Shown piece after piece: positions 39,316 through 47,677 of a DNA stretch of 64,000 bases. The stretch comes from Hadesarchaea archaeon (GTDB lineage: Archaea > Hadarchaeota > Hadarchaeia > Hadarchaeales > WYZ-LMO6). A program made the translations under genes and the position numbers. Location of the stretch: the NCBI GenBank assembly GCA_029259185.1, contig JAPDJF010000003.1:40022-104021 (forward strand). Reading direction: 5' to 3'. Within the stretch, counting starts at the first letter, position 1. Every line of letters starts with the position of its first letter. The notes under the pieces were generated by a model that saw only the letters and a list, made by a program, of their open reading frames with translations, was not told the DNA's origin and did no database searches.

Positions 39316-40129
39316 TCAGGGCAGATCCGCGCAAAACTCGATCAGTCCCAAAGGGCGATTCCTCTTGAGACCGACATCGACTTCCGCGGCTACGGCTGGT
39401 GTTCGTCTCAGCGTTTGATGGGTTCGAACGTGGTTGTATACGGCTCTCCGCAAAGTTAGGAAGGTCTCGGCCGAAGCGAAGCTCTTGAAGTACCCCATCA
39501 CCTTGTAGCGCTGCTTGATATCTTGGTTGTGGCGCTCAGCGGGATTGTGTTATGCTTCAACCCGTGCTGTCTGCAAGCTATTGGCACTCCGTACACCAGT
39601 TTGGCTATGCGGTAAAGTAGCGGTTGAAAACCGTACGGTACTGCCAGAGTTTGTCGCTGACAAAAGTCACAAGCTTTCGCTCTCTCGGCGGCTTCTTTCC
39701 CGCCTGAAAACCTCGTGTACTTGGCTGCCGACGGCGGTTTTGAGCCCCTTGAAAAATTCATCGTTTTCCCCACTTTCACCTGAACCTCGTCGAGGTGAAT
39801 GCGCCCTTTGACTTTCGGTTTTATGCGTCTCTCAAGCTTCCCGACGAGTTTTGCGTACTTGCGCATCCAGTTCAGGATGCTTCCGTCCGAGATCCTATAG
39901 CCGTGGTGCTGGTAGATCACATCCCTGATCTTGCTGAGGGATAATCCCTCAACGTAGAGATGCAGGCGCTTCGGTGATTACCTCCTTCGGATAGGTCATG
40001 TTCTCGAAACCGTCGCGCTCCACGAAGTAGCGCTTGCACTTTTGCATCGATAGCCTGTTTACTCACGTACTTGTCCTGCTTTTTACCCGCCCGAATGATC
40101 CGACCGGACCCACAGTTGGGACACTTCAC
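39316..40129 (-). pseudogene. DDE transposase (IS6-like, archaeal), multiply frameshifted
   Basis: N-terminal CPNCGS Zn ribbon, ILNWMRKY, HLDEVQVKV, FKSF...YNHVRTH..RTPA spread over several frames. Confidence 0.75.
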
Positions 40130-40260
40130 GGTTCACTTCTCCGTCACCCCACCCGATCCAGCCTCCAGGATTAATTGACCAGCATCTTAAATCACTAATC
40201 CTGAGGAAAACCCGGAAAGCGAAAGATTTTTTAACCCCCAGCCGTTTTTTTTAGGATACG

Positions 40261-40986
40261 ATGAAAATACTACATGAATTCGTACCAACACGTAAATTTC
40301 TCCAACTCGCTGAAGAAACCAAGGATCTCGCTGATGGGTGGAATGTTACCGATAGTGCGGCTGGTATGCCGGCACCGAGTGGTACGGTGGTAAGTTGCGT
40401 GCTCAAGACGAAGTACCCCGATAAGATAGTGATACCCATATTCATATTGCATTATAAGGGTCCAGTGGAGGTCGGGGGTTTAGCTCTAGCAGCAGATGCG
40501 GTGGGCCTCGATGGTCTCGTGCTTACGATGGGCGATGTTCCCAAGTACGGAGAACCTATAAAAATGTTAAAATCTTCCGAGGAGGCGCGAGACTTCTTAC
40601 GTACGACGGTGCGCGTGAAAAATCTGAAGCTAGGTTGCTTACTCACAGCGCGGCGGTCTGTGGAGGAGACCATAGAGCGGGCAAAAGGTGCGTGGGATTT
40701 CGTCTTCTTCATGAGACTAGAAGACAAATCCCTTCCGATGTTGGAGCAAATAGCTAAAGAATGCAGACGTTTGAACAAGCCCATTTATTCGTATTTCTTG
40801 GTGGGGACGCCCAAGAACATGGAAATCTTAAAAATGATCGGGTGGCCGGTGACAACAACGATGGATCGCGTTGAAGAGTATGCGGCGAAGTTAGATGGTC
40901 TAGTAGATGGCATAATCGCCACATGCGCTGGAGATTACGAGGGGGACAAGGAGCTATTGGAGAAGCTCCAAAAGTTCAGAAATTGA
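40261..40986 (+). CDS. divergent methylenetetrahydrofolate reductase (MetF)-like FAD TIM-barrel protein
   Basis: DGWNVTDS and ALAADAVGLDGLVLTMGD resemble the MTHFR VTD and LxxxGD motifs. Confidence 0.55.
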   Translation: MKILHEFVPTRKFLQLAEETKDLADGWNVTDSAAGMPAPSGTVVSCVLKTKYPDKIVIPIFILHYKGPVEVGGLALAADAVGLDGLVLTMGDVPKYGEPIKMLKSSEEARDFLRTTVRVKNLKLGCLLTARRSVEETIERAKGAWDFVFFMRLEDKSLPMLEQIAKECRRLNKPIYSYFLVGTPKNMEILKMIGWPVTTTMDRVEEYAAKLDGLVDGIIATCAGDYEGDKELLEKLQKFRN

Positions 40987-41580
40987 CACTTTCCACGGCT
41001 AGAGTCGAGAGATTCTGCAAGACTTCATCCTACCCAGTTTGGGCTGTATCAATCCCCTACCTTGGACATATAGCCCAAGGCTCGTTGTGAACTACCCCAG
41101 CTCTCGCAGGGGGCTCCCTGCTTCATCCACCAGACTCGATCCCCTTCACAGGTGCGGTCATCCGCTTTCAGCCTTGCGGACCTGCGGGAGGTTACGGAGG
41201 TCTTGACCTCACAGCCGTTCGCTCGGGCCGTCCCACCCCTGCTCGAGAGAGAGTTTTATCACCAACTATAGCGTTCCGCCTCTCATCCCCTCCCTTTCGG
41301 AAGGGACTTCCCGGTGGTGGAGTTAAAATATAGCTCCGTTATTAGTCTGCATTCAGTTTTACATTTTAGACAAACAAACTTCCCGTCGTGTCTCAAACCT
41401 TGAGAACCAGCGAGAGCATAACTTGGATGTGCCAGCTTCATTGACTTTTACGACTGGTATTCCTTCCCATAATGCTTTGTACGCGATGAATTTAGACAGT
41501 CGATAGTATGGAAATGAGTTAATACTGATCACCTCCAACCCTATGCCTTTCGGGATATCCAGAGCAGAGTTCCGCATGCT
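40983..41580 (-). pseudogene. tnpB: C-terminal tnpB remnant with right end (element K), interrupted by element E
   Basis: FPYYRLSKFIAYKALWEGIPV..TSKLC, NAD..NG, ILKRALGYMSKVG across the insertion; right end CTCTCGACTCTAGCCGTGGAAAGTGTCAA. Confidence 0.8.
41087..41322 (-). mobile_element. non-autonomous IS200/IS605 element E with omegaRNA-like scaffold, nested in tnpB remnant
   Basis: Follows TTTAA; left hairpin CCCTTCCGAAAGGGAGGGG, scaffold shared with A/B, ends GGGGTAGTTCAC. Confidence 0.85.
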
Positions 41581-41618
41581 GTCTAAATAAATACCTTGAA
41601 CGTAAGAGAAGAGTTACG

Positions 41619-42395
41619 ATGAGTGAAAAAACTGTGTTGGCGGTTTCCGGCAAAGGGGGGGTTGGGAAGAGCACGATCACGGCGCTTACCGTTCGGATCC
41701 TCTCGGAGAGAAAAAGTGGGAGCATTTTGGCCGTGGATGCGAACCCCGATTCGAACCTTCCGGAATTGCTTGGGATCCAAGTTCAAAAAACCGTTGGGGA
41801 CGTGACGGAGGAAATGAAAAGGGACATAGAGAGGGGAAAAATCCCACCTACCATAACGAAGAAGGATTTGCTGGAATATCAGGTGATTAAAGTTCTGCGA
41901 GAGACCCCAAATTTCGACTTGCTCGTGATGGGGAGGGGTGAGGGAGAAGGTTGTTATTGTATGGTTAACAAACTCTTGACCGATATCATCGATACGCTCA
42001 GTAAGAACTACGACATCACCGTGATGGATGAAGATGCCGGTCTGGAACACCTGAGCAGGAGGACCGATCGAGATGTCGACATTATGATGATAGTCACCGA
42101 TCCCAGCTCCATGGGGTTCCGGACGGCTAGGAAAATAAAGGAAGTCGCCGAGGAAGTTCACCTCCAGTTCAGGAAAACATATTTGATTGGTAATCGCTTT
42201 CCGCCCGAGAAGGAGTTCATGGTGAGGGAACAAGCGAGGAGAATAGGAGTGGAATTTGGAGGAGTGGTGCCCTTAGATGAGAAAGTTTTCGAGTTCAACT
42301 TGGAGGGAAAACCGATCACCCAGCTTCCGTCCAACAGTCCAGCTTTCGGTGCGGTGGAGGAGATCCTGAAGAGAATAGGACTCCTTCCGGCTTAA
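41619..42395 (+). CDS. cooC: CooC/AcsF nickel-insertion ATPase (second paralog)
   Basis: SGKGGVGKS, DANPDSNL, EGCYC, DAGLEHLSRRT. Confidence 0.9.
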   Translation: MSEKTVLAVSGKGGVGKSTITALTVRILSERKSGSILAVDANPDSNLPELLGIQVQKTVGDVTEEMKRDIERGKIPPTITKKDLLEYQVIKVLRETPNFDLLVMGRGEGEGCYCMVNKLLTDIIDTLSKNYDITVMDEDAGLEHLSRRTDRDVDIMMIVTDPSSMGFRTARKIKEVAEEVHLQFRKTYLIGNRFPPEKEFMVREQARRIGVEFGGVVPLDEKVFEFNLEGKPITQLPSNSPAFGAVEEILKRIGLLPA

Positions 42396-42408
42396 AAGGG
42401 GAAACAAT

Positions 42409-42996
42409 ATGGACATGGCAATCTTAGTCTTGGCGGGTGGTGGGAGCAAGAGATTCGGGGAGGACAAAGCGCTCTTCAGGTTGAATGGGAAGCCGTTGAT
42501 CCAACATGTGGTCGAGAGGATATCTGGACTCTCGGAGGAGTTGGTGATTTCATGTAAGCGAAAGAAAGAAGTTTTCGAAAAAATGTTTCCTCGGGCAAAA
42601 GTAATTGAGGATGAATGGGATGAAGAGAGCGCACTAGCGGGTCTTTTGAGTTCGCTCCCTCACATTCGCTCCGAGTACGTGGCAGTCATCGCATGTGATT
42701 CTCCCCGCGTTAGCCCTCGGGTCATTGAGTCTCTGTTCGCATGGGCTAGGACCCATGATGGAGCCGTCCCAATCTGGCCGAATGGTTATCTGGAACCCCT
42801 TCAAGCCGTGTACAGGACTTCTAGTCTGTTCACGGTGGCGGAGGACAAGTGGGTGAGGAGGGAGAGGAGATTAAAGAACTTGTTGGATTCCATGGAAGAT
42901 ATCATATACGTGCCGATTACCGAACTGAAGAGGGTGGATCCGAAACTAGATTCTTTCCTCAACATCAATTCTCCCAACGACCTAAAACTCATCTAG
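42409..42996 (+). CDS. mobA: molybdenum cofactor guanylyltransferase
   Basis: LAGGGSKRFGEDKA, ACDSP, EPLQAVY, NINSP. Confidence 0.9.
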   Translation: MDMAILVLAGGGSKRFGEDKALFRLNGKPLIQHVVERISGLSEELVISCKRKKEVFEKMFPRAKVIEDEWDEESALAGLLSSLPHIRSEYVAVIACDSPRVSPRVIESLFAWARTHDGAVPIWPNGYLEPLQAVYRTSSLFTVAEDKWVRRERRLKNLLDSMEDIIYVPITELKRVDPKLDSFLNINSPNDLKLI

Positions 42997-44107
42997 ACAA
43001 TAACTCCCGCACACACTCCTTGAGATCTCTCAGAAAGGATCGAATGTGGGATGGGGAGTGGTGGGGCATGATCACTAGTCTTATTCCAGCAGGCAGCTCA
43101 GTTCTAGAAACGATCCATCCCCTTCGCTCAAGTGCTTTCTCAATCGATTGGATTTTCAGCACCTCCGACTTGAAAGCCACAATGTTAAGTTCGGGTTTCG
43201 TGATTAGATCCAAGGTTTCTATTCTCTGGATCCCCCTCGCTAGCTTTTTTGTGAGTTCCAAGCATCTCTCGATTGCCTTCTTTCTCTTCTCAAGTAATTT
43301 GAAGGCCACCCATGTAGCAGCTACTGATGCTCCCGGTCTAGTACCGAGCAGCGTTTGAGTTTTCGTGCCTAAGTAGGCCACATTCCTCTCCAGTACCCTC
43401 AGCCATCTCTTCCTCCGAAAAAGCAGGAGGCCTGCGGGGATTGGCACCATCCCCATCTTATGGGGGTCTGCTGCTATGGAGGAAACTTGCGGTAAGGTGA
43501 AATCCCATTTCTTGGGATAGTTCATGAGGGGGAGCACGAAGCCCCCGAATGAGGCATCTACGTGAAAAAAGCACTTCCGGTCTCCCGCAATTCCTGCCAT
43601 CTCTTCGATGGGATCCACCAAACCGAGCGAAGTTGTTCCGGCCGTACCCACGATGGCTGCGGTTTTCGGGCCCATCTTCTCCTTCATTGCTTCCACATCC
43701 GCTCGATGATCCTCTCCAAGAGGCGTTGGTATGAATTTGAGCCCTAGCAAGGCACAAGCCTTTTCAACCGAATAGTGAACCGAGACGGGTGCGAGAACCT
43801 CTTTTTTACCGCTTAGCTCCCTAGCTATCCAAAGGGCCACGATGTTGCTTTCCGTTCCCCCCGAGGTGATGTATCCCGTAGCATTCGGATTGGAAAAGAG
43901 TTTCCCGGCTTCCGCCACAGCTTCCCTCTCGAGCTCCTTGACGCTGGGAAAAATTTTGGGATCGAGGGCATTCGTTTCCATGAAATCTATGTACGCTTTG
44001 AGTGTCTCTCTGAGGGGAACGGTACACATGGAGGAAAAAATGCGACCCGACTCGTACTGAAAATCTTTAGCTCTCTTCTCTCGCAGGATTTTGAGCGGAT
44101 CTTCCAC
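42989..44107 (-). CDS. mfnA: L-tyrosine/L-aspartate decarboxylase
   Basis: SSMCT, TSGGTESN, HVDASFGG, DPHKMG, GTRPGA. Confidence 0.88.
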   Translation of the reverse strand: MEDPLKILREKRAKDFQYESGRIFSSMCTVPLRETLKAYIDFMETNALDPKIFPSVKELEREAVAEAGKLFSNPNATGYITSGGTESNIVALWIARELSGKKEVLAPVSVHYSVEKACALLGLKFIPTPLGEDHRADVEAMKEKMGPKTAAIVGTAGTTSLGLVDPIEEMAGIAGDRKCFFHVDASFGGFVLPLMNYPKKWDFTLPQVSSIAADPHKMGMVPIPAGLLLFRRKRWLRVLERNVAYLGTKTQTLLGTRPGASVAATWVAFKLLEKRKKAIERCLELTKKLARGIQRIETLDLITKPELNIVAFKSEVLKIQSIEKALERRGWIVSRTELPAGIRLVIMPHHSPSHIRSFLRDLKECVRELLSR

Positions 44108-44984
44108 GGCTCTCGACCCGTTTAGACTTCAGGATGTGGTCCAATATCACAGCCGCGATTCTCTCTTTCCTTACCGTTTGAAGTCCCTTCCATCCGGGAA
44201 TTGCGTTGACCTCGACCACATACGGTTTCCCCCCTTCGTCTCTTATTATGTCCACGCCTGCGTACTCACATCCTAGAATCTTCGCAGACTTGAGGGCGAG
44301 TTTTTCGATTTCCCTTTCAGGTTCATAGGGTTCTGCTTTTCCCCCGATTGAAACGTTGGTTTTCCATCCCTCAGCGATCCTTTTCATCGCCATTATTTTT
44401 TCGCCCACCACAAGTACCCTTATGTCCCACCCTCCGTGGGGGATGAATTTCTGAACGTAATAAACGAATCTTCCGAATTCGAAGATCGAAAAGGTACGGT
44501 ATGCTAGGTCCCTATCGTTTATCTTCAACATCCCAGCTCCCAGTGAACCGAAAAGTGGTTTGACCACTACCTCCCCATAACGTTCGAAAGCTTTTTTCGC
44601 TTCACCTCGCTTCTCGGTGACCACGGTGGGGGGGACAGGAATACCTGCGTCTTCGAGTAATGAGTTCGTGTAAAACTTGTCCGCACACCTCTCTATCACC
44701 GAAGCTGGATTCACCACCTTCACACCCAAATTCTCCAAGCGATGGAGAACGTCCATTCTGAACACCAACTGCTCAGCAGAGCCCTTTGGGACCCACCTCA
44801 CCAATAGGATGTCGAATTCCTCAAGATCCATCCCACGACAGGAGACCTTCGGCTTCTCTGCGAGTTTCACGACTAATTCGTTGAGCGGAAATTCGTGGCA
44901 CTCTATCCCTCTCTTTTGGGCCTCCTTTCTGAGTTCTTGGACATTCCAGTCCTTCCTTCCAGAGGTGAATATCCCAACTCTCAA
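44067..44984 (-). CDS. mptN: RimK-family ATP-grasp ligase (H4MPT:alpha-L-glutamate ligase-like)
   Basis: FRMDVLHRLE, DKFYT, KPLFGSLG, DIRV, EVNAIPGW; follows mch. Confidence 0.75.
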   Translation of the reverse strand: MRVGIFTSGRKDWNVQELRKEAQKRGIECHEFPLNELVVKLAEKPKVSCRGMDLEEFDILLVRWVPKGSAEQLVFRMDVLHRLENLGVKVVNPASVIERCADKFYTNSLLEDAGIPVPPTVVTEKRGEAKKAFERYGEVVVKPLFGSLGAGMLKINDRDLAYRTFSIFEFGRFVYYVQKFIPHGGWDIRVLVVGEKIMAMKRIAEGWKTNVSIGGKAEPYEPEREIEKLALKSAKILGCEYAGVDIIRDEGGKPYVVEVNAIPGWKGLQTVRKERIAAVILDHILKSKRVESRGRSAQNPAREES

Positions 44985-45036
44985 ATGCTCACCTTTTTCG
45001 GTCCTAGCCTGTATAGTTTCTTGGAGGAGAGAACCT

Positions 45037-45972
45037 CTACACCCCTATCGACTTGGCCAGTACTTCTTCGTTCAGTCCCCCTGCGTGGAAGACCCTTCCG
45101 GTCTTGACGTTACTCACAGTTATTTCGGCTGGAGAGAATAACTTCGGGTCTATTTTGAAGAAGTCCTTGTCGTATCGCTCGAATAGTTCTAAGAATGGTG
45201 AACCGTAGTCTTTAGACGAACAAGAGGGCACATCTTGGATTATCTTTTCTATCTCTGAGTCCTCAGCATCGACGAAGTACATTGTACGTCCGCCGTATAG
45301 CACGCAATCATTGGTTTTCCCCATCGCTTCGAGATCATTCTTGGCAACGGGTGCGATCGGTGCGCTCCCGCTCCCGCTCAGTATCCTAGAGATGTCGAAG
45401 CCAACCTCGTGGAGCTTGTGAACTCCAGTCTCCACTATCCTAGCCGAGATCTGGATGCTACCCACCACACTGGCAGTAGGGGCAACCAGGAGGGTTAGGT
45501 TTTCCGGCTTCACTCCACACTTCTCGGCGATGTAATTTGCGACTTTTTCGTCCGGCAACTTCCGAGTTTCTAACGTTAGCACGGCTTTCTCGCTCCGATC
45601 CTCGTACCCAAGTTCCTCAAAGAGTTTCTTCTCAACTCTCGCCAAGGCTCTCGCAGGACCGGAACCCATGGCGAAATATTTATCCACCTTGATGGCCCAT
45701 CCAGCGAACTGGGATGCCATGCAAGGGATCAGAGGATAGTCGACGTTGACATGGACTTTTAATCTTTCCTCCATCGAGAGGGTTACGGTTCCAAAACCTC
45801 CCAAACAGACCTTTGAGAAGTATATGCCAGCCTCCAGGCTCCCAGGCACGTTGATCCCAGCATCCACCACAGTGGCCCCATTCGGGAGTTTTAGAACCCT
45901 GATCCTGAGTTCTTCGGATCTTTCGATCATCTCCTCGATTATCCGTTGGGCTTTCTGGTTCACGCTTATCAA
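45037..45972 (-). CDS. mch: methenyl-H4MPT cyclohydrolase
   Basis: CMASQFAGW, GSGPARALA, QISARIVET, MGKTND, FSPA; TTG start overlaps fwdC stop. Confidence 0.95.
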   Translation of the reverse strand: MISVNQKAQRIIEEMIERSEELRIRVLKLPNGATVVDAGINVPGSLEAGIYFSKVCLGGFGTVTLSMEERLKVHVNVDYPLIPCMASQFAGWAIKVDKYFAMGSGPARALARVEKKLFEELGYEDRSEKAVLTLETRKLPDEKVANYIAEKCGVKPENLTLLVAPTASVVGSIQISARIVETGVHKLHEVGFDISRILSGSGSAPIAPVAKNDLEAMGKTNDCVLYGGRTMYFVDAEDSEIEKIIQDVPSCSSKDYGSPFLELFERYDKDFFKIDPKLFSPAEITVSNVKTGRVFHAGGLNEEVLAKSIGV

Positions 45973-46784
45973 GATCCCACCCACACCAGTATCTCTCCTC
46001 TCCCTAAAGAAGCTATATCTCCATCGTACCGCTCGTATGATCCCTCCAAGTATTCCCTCTTTATCGGTAAACCGTATTTCCGGAGGGAGTTGAGGAGCAA
46101 CGGAACAAAGGTTGGTCTGTAAACACAACTCCGTTTAAAGGTGGGGAGGAAAGAGGGCCTATCGAAGCTCAGGATCGTTCCTCTCTCCATCCCAGCTCCC
46201 GCTCTCCCCCCAAGCTTTCCGAAACACACGATGGTTCCCCCAGTCATCAGAGCCCCCGTGAATTCACCTAAGCTACCGGTAACTGCTATCACCCCTCTTC
46301 TCATAAGTTCTCCGACCTCTCTTCCCGCATCCCCATTGACGATTATAGTCCCCCCTTTCATACCGACCTTCGACCCCCTGTATCCTGCCCCGGCGAGATT
46401 TCCAACCCTGCCGTGTACTGTTATGAGTCCTCCTTTCATCTCAGCTCCGAGCCAGTCTCCCGCGTTTCCTCGAACAAGTATCTCGCCACCGCTCATTTCT
46501 CTACCCAAGTGCATCCCTATATCCCCTTCAATTTCAATCCGTCCTTTGCTCATCTGGGCCCCCACGTGCTTTACCCTGCTCATGTCTCCTTCCATCTTGA
46601 TCGTTTCACCGTCTCCTTGGCCCTCCTCGATTTCGAAGAGTTCTCCTAGCGGTTTCCGTTTGTTTCCGTAGAGGATCTCAAGCTTCCTTATTTCATCCAT
46701 CGATTTATCGGAGAACACATCGGGTGAGATGCATTCCGCCTCGATCGGTACTTTGAATCTAACCTTCGGTCTCAGGATGATCAT
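45969..46784 (-). CDS. fwdC: formylmethanofuran dehydrogenase subunit C
   Basis: GxxMxGG beta-helix repeats, GYRGSKVGM. Confidence 0.92.
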   Translation of the reverse strand: MIILRPKVRFKVPIEAECISPDVFSDKSMDEIRKLEILYGNKRKPLGELFEIEEGQGDGETIKMEGDMSRVKHVGAQMSKGRIEIEGDIGMHLGREMSGGEILVRGNAGDWLGAEMKGGLITVHGRVGNLAGAGYRGSKVGMKGGTIIVNGDAGREVGELMRRGVIAVTGSLGEFTGALMTGGTIVCFGKLGGRAGAGMERGTILSFDRPSFLPTFKRSCVYRPTFVPLLLNSLRKYGLPIKREYLEGSYERYDGDIASLGRGEILVWVGS

Positions 46785-47677
46785 CTCTTCTCACCCAAGA
46801 TCTTGTGGAGGTGGAAGAGGTATTTACCCAGCTTACCACCGTAATTTCCCGCTGAGATCATTTTTATCCCTTCCACCGAGCACGCACTCTCTATTCCCAC
46901 CCTCATTGCATCACTAACGCTTTTTTCGTCCAACCCGTTGATCACTATCTCCAGCACGGAGTTTACCCCTTCCGGTATCCTCGTTTTCACGAGTGGTCTC
47001 AGAGTGGGGCAATACTCGGTGTTCGTGGATGCACTCAAGAATTTATACTTGGAGCCTACCTTGCTCCCGCTCCTTACCACACCCCCCGGGAATGGAGTTA
47101 TCACATTTTCTACCCCCCTTATAGCCTCGACCGCCCGCTCGGCGGCCCTAAGAACACAGTCAACGTTTTCACCTAGGATCAGGAAGTTTCCACCGCCTAT
47201 AGCTTTCCTCATCCTGAATTCCTCCTCCACCAAAAATTCCCCTTCCATCACAGGAATCCTCCAGAACCTTCTTCCATCAACCCTCTTCGAGAGCTGGAAC
47301 CCGTCTCCGAAGAACCTCAACTTCCCTCCTATCTTTACAGTTTTTTCTCCATCCAAGTTATTGAAGCACGCAGTTGTGGGACAAGTCATTATACATTGCC
47401 CGACCCTACGCATGAGTTGATCCGATAGCCCCTTCTCTGACATCCCAAAGATCAGGATATTCACACCCGGTCTTCCATCTGGGGTTCGATCGGGCTCCAC
47501 GAGGCTTTCTATCCCAGCCTCCACTCCACAAGCTATCACGGAAGTTGCAAAGCCTGTGGCGGTCGAGGCCGCATGAAGGGCCCACTTCTCGTCCCTAGCC
47601 GTGATAAGTAGTTTCGCGGCTATCATGTCAAACGCCTCTGCAAACGTGTCCTCTATCTCAACCCCGTTCACCTGCAT
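46781..47677 (-). CDS. ftr: formylmethanofuran--H4MPT formyltransferase
   Basis: IEDTFAEAF, TPDGRPG, RVGQCIMTCPTTA, SGSKVGS, SAGNYGG. Confidence 0.96.
   Translation of the reverse strand: MQVNGVEIEDTFAEAFDMIAAKLLITARDEKWALHAASTATGFATSVIACGVEAGIESLVEPDRTPDGRPGVNILIFGMSEKGLSDQLMRRVGQCIMTCPTTACFNNLDGEKTVKIGGKLRFFGDGFQLSKRVDGRRFWRIPVMEGEFLVEEEFRMRKAIGGGNFLILGENVDCVLRAAERAVEAIRGVENVITPFPGGVVRSGSKVGSKYKFLSASTNTEYCPTLRPLVKTRIPEGVNSVLEIVINGLDEKSVSDAMRVGIESACSVEGIKMISAGNYGGKLGKYLFHLHKILGEKR

Noticed and set aside
39290-40195. Terminal inverted repeats of the IS6-like remnant
   Set aside because: Only a short TGCTG match; ends cannot be defined.
10403-41322. Repeated hairpin elements as a CRISPR array
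   Set aside because: Dispersed, in both orientations, with no repeat-spacer periodicity and no cas genes; the ends match IS200/IS605.
45973-46128. Long N-terminal extensions in the ORF track (mch; also cooC, cdhA, ASKHA protein, disulfide reductase)
   Set aside because: They overlap neighbouring genes, promoters or IS ends; downstream starts fit family N-termini better.
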